A stretch of DNA of 64,000 nt from Candidatus Cloacimonadales bacterium (lineage in GTDB: Bacteria; Cloacimonadota; Cloacimonadia; Cloacimonadales; JAFGVF01): positions 256,001-320,000 of the forward strand of contig OY759729.1 in the NCBI GenBank assembly GCA_963662585.1. Reading direction: 5' to 3'. The position numbers and the translations under genes are program-made. The stretch's first letter is position 1. Each line of letters begins with the position of its first letter. Shown piece by piece: positions 32,046-40,313 of the stretch. The notes below the pieces were generated by a model. The model searched no databases and was not told where the DNA came from. It saw only the letters and a list, made by a program, of their open reading frames with translations.

Positions 32046-32747
32046 ATGAAAATAAGTGATTTCAAGGGTATTTTTAAGAAAAGTAAGATTACCCTCATCA
32101 ATAAAGAAAATATTGCTTTAGATTACTGGCAATTCGATTTTAAAATTGATAAAGGCTACAGCTGGGAAGCTGGAGAACATGGAGCTTTTTTAATCCGAAA
32201 ACCAAAAATTAAAGGTAAATCATTTCGCGCTTTTAGTGTAGCTTCTCTTCCTGAAGAAGGTTTTTTGAGAATAATTACTCGAACTGGCCAAAATATTAGT
32301 AACTACAAGCAAGCACTCATTAATTTTAAGCTAGGTGATAAACTTACCCTTATTGGTCCTTTTGGCTGGTTCAAACTTCCAGTAAAGCCTGCGCCTATAG
32401 TTATCATTGTAGGAGGAGTAGGCTTTGCTCCAGCTCGTGCTCTTCTTAAAGAACTTCAAGATAAAAGAGCTTTTTCTTGCAAACTTCTTTATATCTCCAA
32501 AGATATCTATTTATGTAAAGATGAGATAAATAAAATAGCTTCCACTAATGAAGATATTTCTATTAGCTATTTATCTGATAAAGATTCTCTTATAAATTCT
32601 ATCGAAGACATTACTTTAACTTATCATAATCAAGCATATTATTATATTTCAGGATCTCCCAGCATGATTAAAGGAGTAAAAAAGCAATTAAAATCTTTGA
32701 ATATTAAAAGAAACAGAATGATAAGTGACCCCTTCTTTGGTTATTGA
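32046..32747 (+). CDS. FAD/NAD(P)-binding oxidoreductase (ferredoxin-NADP reductase-like)
   Basis: RAFSVAS, GPFG, GGVGFAP, YISGSPSM, C-terminal F.GY. Confidence 0.82.
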   Translation: MKISDFKGIFKKSKITLINKENIALDYWQFDFKIDKGYSWEAGEHGAFLIRKPKIKGKSFRAFSVASLPEEGFLRIITRTGQNISNYKQALINFKLGDKLTLIGPFGWFKLPVKPAPIVIIVGGVGFAPARALLKELQDKRAFSCKLLYISKDIYLCKDEINKIASTNEDISISYLSDKDSLINSIEDITLTYHNQAYYYISGSPSMIKGVKKQLKSLNIKRNRMISDPFFGY

Positions 32748-32945
32748 TAACTTCTCTTCCTTTACTCCTTCTCACTCATCTCATAATTTCTTTGAATATT
32801 ATTTGAAGAGAGTGAGAAAGAGGATAAAGTAGGGAGTTGAGGACCAAGAAATGTGGTGTTAAAAAATAGTAATTTCTTTAAGTGATGACATTCCCTTCTT
32901 GACAAAATATGCAAGCAATTTTTACTTATTTCAAAATAAATCTAG

Positions 32946-33665
32946 GTGGAAAATATTATGATAGAAAGAGCATTTGATCAATATGCCTCAAAATACGATG
33001 AGTGGTTTTTAAAAAATGTTAATGTCTTAGCTTCTGAAGTAGCTTTAGTTGCTCATTTTTTAGCTAATCCTGGACGCTCCCTTTCAATAGGTTGTGGAAG
33101 TGGTTTGTTTGAAGCTATTTTAAAAAAAGAATATAATATAACAATTACAGAAGGTATAGAACCTGCTGAAGGAATGGCAGAAATTGCCATGAAAAGAGGC
33201 TTGAAAGTAACTATTGGTACTGCAGAAGATACTGATTTTGGTACAGAACTTTACGACACAGTAATGTTTAACGGAACTCCAAGTTATATCACAGACTTAC
33301 AGAAAGCTGTTAATAAAGCCTATAAAGCTCTTAAACCTGGAGGAATGATTCTCCTTATTGATGTTCCTAAAGAAAGTAGCTATGGCTTACTCTATAACCT
33401 AGCCAAAGAGATAGGAAGCTGGGAACATAAATATTTCCAAGAAGCAAAAGCTCCCAATGCTTACCCAATCTCCTTCATTAATGAATCTAATTGGAGATCT
33501 ACTCCAGAAAAAACTCGAATGCTGAAAAATGCAGGTTTCACAGATTTTGAGTTTGCACAAACATTAACTAAACATCCTGCTTACTCTGATGAAGTTGCTG
33601 AAAAACCAATTCCTGGCTTTGATTGCGGGGATTATGTTGCTATCAAGGGAATTAAGACCACTTAA
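32946..33665 (+). CDS. Class I SAM-dependent methyltransferase
   Basis: FD..A..YDEWF, SIGCGSG, GIEP, LKPGG. Confidence 0.88.
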   Translation: MENIMIERAFDQYASKYDEWFLKNVNVLASEVALVAHFLANPGRSLSIGCGSGLFEAILKKEYNITITEGIEPAEGMAEIAMKRGLKVTIGTAEDTDFGTELYDTVMFNGTPSYITDLQKAVNKAYKALKPGGMILLIDVPKESSYGLLYNLAKEIGSWEHKYFQEAKAPNAYPISFINESNWRSTPEKTRMLKNAGFTDFEFAQTLTKHPAYSDEVAEKPIPGFDCGDYVAIKGIKTT

Positions 33666-33755
33666 GTCCCGGAGGGATGTCATATAATAGGGAGTGTTCA
33701 CAAGGCACTCCAAGAGGTCCCCTTTCACAAAAAAAAGACTTTAAAAGGATATAAT

Positions 33756-34550
33756 ATGAAACTAAATGTATGGAAAGATATTGCAGAAATCAGAGAGAAA
33801 TCTCCTCTAGTGCATAATATTACTAATTTTGTGGTAATGAACAATACTGCAAATGCCTTACTTTCAATAGGAGCATCTCCTGTAATGGCCCACGCTATAG
33901 AAGAAGTTGCAGATATGGCGACCATAGCCTCGGCATTAGTTGTAAATATTGGCACCCTGAGTGAGCACTGGATTGAAGCGATGAAAGTTGCTATTGAAAC
34001 AGCTGGCTTAAGGAAAATACCAATAATTATCGACCCCGTAGGAGTTGGTGCTACAAGATTTAGGACTAAAACAGTAAAAGACCTTTTAGCTATAACCAAT
34101 CCAACTGTAATCCGCGGAAATGCTTCTGAGATTATGGCCTTAACTGATACCAATGTCCAGACTAAAGGCGTAGATAGCAATCACTCTTCAGATAATGCTT
34201 TGGTGGCTGCTCAAAATTTAGCTAAAGAACATAAATGTATTGTGGTAGTTAGTGGTGAAACTGACATTATCACTGATGGAGATAAAACAATCTTTATAGA
34301 AAATGGTGATTTAATGATGCCGAAAGTTACAGGATTAGGTTGTACTGCTTCCGCATTAACAGGTGCTTTCTGTGCAGTTAATCATAACTATCTAGAAGCA
34401 TGTGCTCATGCTATGGCTCTTATGGGTATCAGTGGAGAAATTGCTGTTAAAGATTCTAATGGCCCAGCTTCATTACAAATGAATTTCCTAGATAAGCTAT
34501 ATAATATTTCAGAAGAAGAAGTTTCAGCTAATCTTAAGTACCATGAGTAA
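33756..34550 (+). CDS. thiM: Hydroxyethylthiazole kinase
   Basis: PLVHNITN.V, GASPVMA, DPVGVGA, RGNASEI, VTGLGC. Confidence 0.96.
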   Translation: MKLNVWKDIAEIREKSPLVHNITNFVVMNNTANALLSIGASPVMAHAIEEVADMATIASALVVNIGTLSEHWIEAMKVAIETAGLRKIPIIIDPVGVGATRFRTKTVKDLLAITNPTVIRGNASEIMALTDTNVQTKGVDSNHSSDNALVAAQNLAKEHKCIVVVSGETDIITDGDKTIFIENGDLMMPKVTGLGCTASALTGAFCAVNHNYLEACAHAMALMGISGEIAVKDSNGPASLQMNFLDKLYNISEEEVSANLKYHE

Positions 34551-35181
34551 ATTAAATGTAGATTATAGTTTGTACTTAGTTACAGACAGAGAACTCACCC
34601 TGAATAGAGATTTACTCTTTGTTATTGAAGAAGCTATTCAGGGTGGAGTCTCAATTATTCAACTTAGAGAGAAGAACTGTTCTTCCCGTGAATTCTATGA
34701 TATTGCTGTTAAGGTTGCCAAAATAACCAAGAAACATAATATCCCTCTAATCATTAATGACAGATTAGATATTGCTCAAGCTGTTAATGCTCAAGGACTT
34801 CACATAGGGCAATCTGATCTTCCCTATTCTATTGCTCGGAGTATCTTAGGTCCTGATGCTATAATCGGTTTATCTGTTGAAACTATCCAAGATGCTATTG
34901 ATGCTGAGTCTTTAGATGTTGATTACCTTGGCATTAGCCCTGTTTTCTCAACTAATACTAAAACTGATATAGCTAAACCTCTTGGCCTAGAAGGTATTAG
35001 GGAAATCAAAAGACTTTCTTCCCATAAATTAATTGCTATTGGGGGGATTAATCTGCAAAATACCAGAGCTATTATAGAAGCTGGGGCTGATGGCATAGCT
35101 GTAGTTTCAGCTATCTGTTCAGCAGAATCACCAAGAAAAGCGAGTGAAAAACTGAAAGAGGAATTGAAAGTTGGAAATTGA
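34543..35181 (+). CDS. thiE: Thiamine-phosphate synthase
   Basis: LYLVTD, QLREK, INDR.DIA, GLHIGQSD, AIGGI. Confidence 0.96.
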   Translation: MSKLNVDYSLYLVTDRELTLNRDLLFVIEEAIQGGVSIIQLREKNCSSREFYDIAVKVAKITKKHNIPLIINDRLDIAQAVNAQGLHIGQSDLPYSIARSILGPDAIIGLSVETIQDAIDAESLDVDYLGISPVFSTNTKTDIAKPLGLEGIREIKRLSSHKLIAIGGINLQNTRAIIEAGADGIAVVSAICSAESPRKASEKLKEELKVGN

Positions 35182-35245
35182 GAGTGGAGAATTGAGAGTG
35201 GAGAATTGAGAATGGAGAATTGAGAATTGAGAATGGAGAAATGAG
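35175..35245. repeat. Degenerate heptamer tandem repeat (GAATTGA/GAGTGGA/GAATGGA)
   Basis: ...aattgagagtggagaattgagagtggagaattgagaatggagaattgagaattgagaatggagaaatgag directly after the thiE stop. Confidence 0.85.
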
Positions 35246-35379
35246 TTGTTTCTTAACTGGGAATATGGGTATCCCTGCCAGGTGTTTCTTCAGTGAAATA
35301 CACTGCCACCCCTCTTTAGCATCCCTTCAGGATTAAGAGGGGAGTTAATGGCGGAGATAATCTCCAGCCTGTTCGTCTT

Positions 35380-35476
35380 TCTTAAAACTCTTCTGTCGGA
35401 CGGTGGACAGCCTGTCCGCCATTCTCTTAAAACTCTTCTGTCGGACGGTGGACAGCCTGTCCGCCATTCTCTTAAA
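35380..35476. repeat. Two exact 45-bp tandem copies carrying a REP-like hairpin
   Basis: TCTTAAAACTCTTCTGTCGGACGGTGGACAGCCTGTCCGCCATTC at 35380-35424 and 35425-35469. Confidence 0.9.
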
Positions 35477-35555
35477 CCTCGTATTTCGAGGTATTGTGGA
35501 TTCTCTAATCCGCAAATCTTAGTTCTTTAAATTTATGTATTAATGGAGAAAAAAA

Positions 35556-36362
35556 GTGAAAAAATATACAAGATTATTAACGATAGCTGGTTCAGATAGC
35601 GGTGGCGGTGCCGGAATTCAAGCGGACTTAAAGACTTTTAGTGCTTTAGGATGTTATGGAATGAGTGTAATAGCAGCCCTTACTGCCCAAAATACTCTTG
35701 GTGTTACAGGCATATACCCAGTTACACCTGACTTTGTTAAAGAACAAATTGATGCAGTTCTTTCAGATATCGGAGCTGATGCTATTAAGATAGGAATGCT
35801 CAGTACTCCTCAAGTAATCGAAACAGTTGCAAATTCATTAAAAGATTATAATATCACTACAATTGTACTTGATCCTGTAATGGTAGCTAAATCAGGCGAT
35901 AAGCTTCTACAAGACAATGCTATTGAAGCTTTAATAAAAAACTTATTCCCTCTTGCCCTCATTATCACTCCTAACCTAAGCGAAGCTGAAGTATTAACTA
36001 ATATGAAAATTACTAATCGGACTGAAATGCTTGAAGCAGGAAAAAAACTTCTTTCTTATGGTTGTCAAAATGTTATTCTTAAAGGTAGTTTTTTTAAAGA
36101 TGATATTCTACCTGATCTATTTATTAATAGCAAGCAAGAAGTTCTTTGGTTAGAAACAGCCAGAATTGATACTATTAACAATCATGGAACAGGTTGTACT
36201 CTTTCCTCTGCTATTGCTTCTTATCTTGGACAAGGAAAGAGTGTTCTTGAATCTGTAAGTCTAGCCAAAACATATATCACTGAAGCGATTTCTGATGGTG
36301 CTTTCTACCAACTTGGTAAAGGAAAGAGTCCTGTTAATCACTTCTACAAACTCTGGAAGTAG
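35556..36362 (+). CDS. thiD: Hydroxymethylpyrimidine/phosphomethylpyrimidine kinase
   Basis: TIAGSDSGGGAGIQADLKTF, DPVMVAKSG, HGTGCTLS. Confidence 0.96.
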   Translation: MKKYTRLLTIAGSDSGGGAGIQADLKTFSALGCYGMSVIAALTAQNTLGVTGIYPVTPDFVKEQIDAVLSDIGADAIKIGMLSTPQVIETVANSLKDYNITTIVLDPVMVAKSGDKLLQDNAIEALIKNLFPLALIITPNLSEAEVLTNMKITNRTEMLEAGKKLLSYGCQNVILKGSFFKDDILPDLFINSKQEVLWLETARIDTINNHGTGCTLSSAIASYLGQGKSVLESVSLAKTYITEAISDGAFYQLGKGKSPVNHFYKLWK

Positions 36363-36364
36363 TA

Positions 36365-37015
36365 ATGAAAACTACCGATACTCTTTGGACCAGAGCTTCA
36401 GAAATTATTAACAAACACCTTTATCACCAGTTTTCTCTAAGATTAGCCCAAGGAACACTTCCTACAGATGTATTTCGTTTCTATCTCCAACAGGATGCTA
36501 TCTATATTAAGCACTACGCCCAAGCTATGAATATTATGGCAAGAAAAGCTCCAACTGAAGAAATAAAAGAACTATTCTTGAAGTTATCGCAGGAATCTTA
36601 TCAACTAGAACATATTTTTCAGGAAGAATTATTCCGTGATTATCAAGTTGAGAAAAGCCAAGTAATGCAACCAGCTTGCTTAGCTTATACTTCCTATTTA
36701 ATTGCTACTATTAGCACATCAACTTTCATTGAGGGACTTACTGCTCTTCTCCCCTGCTTTTGGGTATATTTAGAGAATGGTAAAAAGATAGCAAAAGATA
36801 GTATTGAAAATAACCCCTACCAAGCATGGATAGATACTTATGTTTCTGAAGAATTTATTGCCCAGACAGAATTAGTAAAAAAGTTTGTAAATATTTACAG
36901 TGAGAATTTATCTGAATTAGAACTTGATAAACTTTCTACGATATTTAACTATTCATGTAGATTAGATTTGCAATTCATGGACGACGCTTATCATTTAAGG
37001 AAATGGTATAAATAA
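36365..37015 (+). CDS. tenA: TenA (thiaminase II / aminopyrimidine aminohydrolase) family protein
   Basis: FYLQQD, AYTSYL, LLPCFWVY (catalytic Cys), NPYQAWIDTY; thi operon context. Confidence 0.88.
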   Translation: MKTTDTLWTRASEIINKHLYHQFSLRLAQGTLPTDVFRFYLQQDAIYIKHYAQAMNIMARKAPTEEIKELFLKLSQESYQLEHIFQEELFRDYQVEKSQVMQPACLAYTSYLIATISTSTFIEGLTALLPCFWVYLENGKKIAKDSIENNPYQAWIDTYVSEEFIAQTELVKKFVNIYSENLSELELDKLSTIFNYSCRLDLQFMDDAYHLRKWYK

Positions 37016-37018
37016 ACT

Positions 37019-37759
37019 ATGTTCACCTTAGAAATTTGCCTCGATTCTGTTGAATCAGCTATCATAGCACAAGAAGCGGGAGCTGATAGGGTCGAACTTT
37101 GTGCTAACCTATTGGAAGGTGGAACAAGTCCCTCTTATGGAATGATTAAAGCTGTCAGAGAGAATATTAGTATTGAGCTTGCAGTAATGATTCGTCCTAG
37201 GGGTGGAGATTTTTGCTATTCTGACGCAGAGTTCGCTATTATGAAGGAAGATATTCTTATAGCCAAGAAATTAGGAGTCAACTGTGTAGTATTCGGAATT
37301 CTTCTACCTACTGGAGATATCGATATTCCTAGAACATCTCAGTTAGTTACCCTAGCAAAACCTATGCAAGTAACCTTTCATCGAGCTTTTGATGTAGCTA
37401 GAGATCCTTTTCAGGCTCTTGAAGATATAATTTCTACCGGGATTGATAGACTTCTAACTTCGGGACAAGCTCCCAAAGCTATAGAAGGGAAAGAACTTAT
37501 CAAGGCTTTAGTTCTAAAAGCCAAAAAGAGAATCTCCATTATGGCAGGCTCAGGAGTTAATCCTGAGAACAGGGATGAATTACTTCAATATTGTGAAGTG
37601 AAAGAATTGCACCTAACAGCAAAAAAATTTGTTGATGGTGATATGCATTATAGACCTGAGAAGATATCTATGAGCAGTTGTAAAGTAAATTCAGAATATC
37701 AAAAAAGTATAGCTGATTATCAAATTATTACTAAAATGAGGAAGTCTTCAACATTTTAA
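37019..37759 (+). CDS. cutC: Copper homeostasis protein CutC
   Basis: GADRVELC, GGTSPS, MIRPRGGDF, TFHRAFD, LTSG. Confidence 0.93.
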   Translation: MFTLEICLDSVESAIIAQEAGADRVELCANLLEGGTSPSYGMIKAVRENISIELAVMIRPRGGDFCYSDAEFAIMKEDILIAKKLGVNCVVFGILLPTGDIDIPRTSQLVTLAKPMQVTFHRAFDVARDPFQALEDIISTGIDRLLTSGQAPKAIEGKELIKALVLKAKKRISIMAGSGVNPENRDELLQYCEVKELHLTAKKFVDGDMHYRPEKISMSSCKVNSEYQKSIADYQIITKMRKSSTF

Positions 37760-38252
37760 TCATCTCAACAATATCTCTATCTTTTCTAATAATAACAAGG
37801 TTATTATAACAGGACTTCTCTAAATCCTTAATTTCCCTCTTCCTAAGCTTATATGTCTTGAGTATCCAAACAAAAATGCTATCTGAAGAAAACACCGAGC
37901 TTAGTTTTTCTATATTGCCATTACAGACTTTTTTCTGGGTATAGATTCTATTAAAAGATCTCTTACAACACCTAATAAGTATCTTCAATAGAGAGTAATC
38001 AAGATAAATTAAATAATCAGGACTAACATCTAAGTTCTTATATACTTTGCTATAATTACCATCTATTACCCAGGAATCTTGACTTATCTTTTTTTCAACC
38101 TTACTAAGTAATTCATTCAGTTCTCTCTCTTTCCAACCAGGTAACCAATATAATTCATCTAACTCAATATGAGGGATATTAAACTCTTTTGAAAGTCTCT
38201 TGGCTAGTGTTGTCTTTCCAGAACATGCCACTCCTCTAATAGATATCTTCAT
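37731..38252 (-). CDS. P-loop kinase (adenylate kinase-like / FlaR-type topology modulation protein)
   Basis: GVACSGKTT Walker A, ELDELYWLPGW, WVIDGNY. Confidence 0.8.
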   Translation of the reverse strand: MKISIRGVACSGKTTLAKRLSKEFNIPHIELDELYWLPGWKERELNELLSKVEKKISQDSWVIDGNYSKVYKNLDVSPDYLIYLDYSLLKILIRCCKRSFNRIYTQKKVCNGNIEKLSSVFSSDSIFVWILKTYKLRKREIKDLEKSCYNNLVIIRKDRDIVEMIKMLKTSSF

Positions 38253-38330
38253 CTTTATGTTTTCTCCTATTTCTAATGATCTTTATCAAAACAGTATTTT
38301 GCATTCGGTGTTTAGAAAATTAATACAAGT

Positions 38331-38358
38331 AAAAAGCCCTGCAAATGCTGGGCTTTTT
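38331..38358 (-). terminator. Intrinsic terminator after aminotransferase
   Basis: AAAAAGCCC.GCA-aa-TGC.GGGCTTTTT with A/T tails on both sides. Confidence 0.7.
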
Positions 38359-38384
38359 CTAAATATTATATTGTAATTTAATTA

Positions 38385-39581
38385 TTAAAACAACCTAGCT
38401 AATCTCTTCACACCCTCTTCAATAGTATCAGGGTCTGCAAAAGTGAAGTTTAATCTAATAACATTAAACTTCTCCTGTCCTTTAGGATAAAACTTTGAGC
38501 CTGGAATAAAACATACTTTCTCTGCTTTAGCAGCTTCAAAAAGCTCATCACCATTCATATCTTCAGGAAGAGTAATCCAGATAAACATTCCGCCTTCTGG
38601 AGAAGTCCATTTAACATTCTTAGGCATATATTTTTCAAGAGCATTAAGCATAGCATTTAGACTAGGTTTATAGATATCGGAAATTTTCTTTAACTGACCT
38701 TCTAACATATCCTTTTCTAAGAATCTAGCAACGACTCTTTGAGTAATACAATCACTACTTACGATTATCTTTTGCAACCAAAGGGCAACTTTAGCAATAA
38801 TAGCTTCATCACCCATTATATAGGCAGATCTCATGCCAGGACCTAGTACTTTAGAGAATGATTTAACACTGGTAACAATATTTTTGTCTTGTGCTCTAGC
38901 TATTTCAAAAATAGAATCAATTCTTTCTCCACAATAACGGAGTTCACCATAAGGATTATCTTCTAGAATTGGAATATCATAAAGTTCAGCAATTTCTATA
39001 AGTCTCTCTCTTTTCTCTCTACTCATAGTTACACCAGTTGGATTTTGAAATTCTGGAATAGTATAGATAAATTTTATCTTCTGATTATCAGCAATCAATT
39101 TCTGAATTTCAGTTTCTAATTCTTCCATATTCATTCCATCATTTTCAACTTCAACACCTTGTAACTTAGCTCCCATAGATTCAAAAGCAACAACTGTTCC
39201 AAGAAAACTAGGAGCTTCACAGATTATGTAATCGCCTTCATCTATGAAACATTTTGCATAAGCAAAAATAGCATTAGTAGAACCAACACTAGTAATAATC
39301 TCAGATTGTTTTAAAGCTGATTTCTTTTCATAGTTAATTAAAGCTGATTTCAAAACAGAATCGCCTTCAGAAGCACCGTATTGAAGCACTTCACGACCTT
39401 CCTTTTTAATCACATCAGCATATAATTTGCTTAACTCATCAACAGGGAAAGTTTTTGGGGAAGGAAATCCACCTGCAAAGGAGATTAAACCTTCAATACC
39501 TTTTGTAGAAGCTACTAATTCCCTAATCATAGATGAACCTTGATTTCTCGTACTTTGAGAAAATATTTCTTTGTAATCCAT
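38385..39581 (-). CDS. PLP-dependent aminotransferase class I (2-aminoadipate transaminase/LysN-like)
   Basis: ISFAGGFP, FQNPTG, EDNPYGEL, SFSKVLGPGMR, PEGGMF. Confidence 0.9.
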   Translation of the reverse strand: MDYKEIFSQSTRNQGSSMIRELVASTKGIEGLISFAGGFPSPKTFPVDELSKLYADVIKKEGREVLQYGASEGDSVLKSALINYEKKSALKQSEIITSVGSTNAIFAYAKCFIDEGDYIICEAPSFLGTVVAFESMGAKLQGVEVENDGMNMEELETEIQKLIADNQKIKFIYTIPEFQNPTGVTMSREKRERLIEIAELYDIPILEDNPYGELRYCGERIDSIFEIARAQDKNIVTSVKSFSKVLGPGMRSAYIMGDEAIIAKVALWLQKIIVSSDCITQRVVARFLEKDMLEGQLKKISDIYKPSLNAMLNALEKYMPKNVKWTSPEGGMFIWITLPEDMNGDELFEAAKAEKVCFIPGSKFYPKGQEKFNVIRLNFTFADPDTIEEGVKRLARLF

Positions 39582-39808
39582 AATTCTTACCTACTTTTTA
39601 TTATATTATTCTTTGTTTGCCATTTTTAAGGAAGAGAGAAAATAAGTCAATAAAGAAATATTTTGTAGGTAAAAAGAGGTATAGAGCATCTGAAGGATAG
39701 TCAATAGAGCTTTATCACTAAGCTTGTTGATTCACAAATTTAGGTCATGTTAATCCTCTAACTCTGCTGTGGCAAGAGATAAATACAAAAACTTTAGCAA
39801 TAGCTATT

Positions 39809-40219
39809 CTATTGAAGTGAAATTATAACTTCTCTCTTTCTGGGACCATCAAATTCACAAAAGAAAATACCTTGCCAAGTGCCTAAGAGTAGTTCATTTG
39901 CTTCAAAAGGAATTGAGATTGAGCAACCTACTAAGCTGGAGAGTAAATGAGCATCAGAATTTCCTTCATTATGAAGATACTCTCGCAGTTTAGGACTCAA
40001 TCTTTTAAAAGCAAATTTTAAATCATAAATCACATCTGGATCAGCAGCTTCATTAATGGTAATTCCCGCAGTAGTATGAGGGATATAAACATTAGCAATG
40101 CCATTGTGGGCTGGGGATTCTTCCACAAACTCTTGAACTAACTTGGTTATTTCAATCATATCAATTTTACTTTTTGTGGTAACAGATATTCTTTTAATTA
40201 ACATAATTATCCTCCACAT
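39809..40219 (-). CDS. yjbQ: YjbQ/UPF0047 family protein (secondary thiamine-phosphate synthase activity reported for the family)
   Basis: PHTTAGITINE.ADPDV, EGNSDAH, LGTWQGIFFCEFDGPR. Confidence 0.9.
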   Translation of the reverse strand: MWRIIMLIKRISVTTKSKIDMIEITKLVQEFVEESPAHNGIANVYIPHTTAGITINEAADPDVIYDLKFAFKRLSPKLREYLHNEGNSDAHLLSSLVGCSISIPFEANELLLGTWQGIFFCEFDGPRKREVIISLQ

Positions 40220-40313
40220 TCTTTAAACCAGAATATTGTATTAAGGTTCATTAATAATTTAACTAAATATTACTTAATTCAAAATATTATCTTGGAAATT
40301 CTCTACATAAACC

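Noticed and set aside
32748..33755. TPP riboswitch upstream of the thiamine genes
   Set aside because: Conserved CUGAGA and ACCUGA core motifs were not found by eye in the intergenic parts; not called without cmscan.
35348..35530. 60-aa ORF with a repeated peptide
   Set aside because: Translation of the 45-bp tandem palindromic repeat; no evidence of coding.
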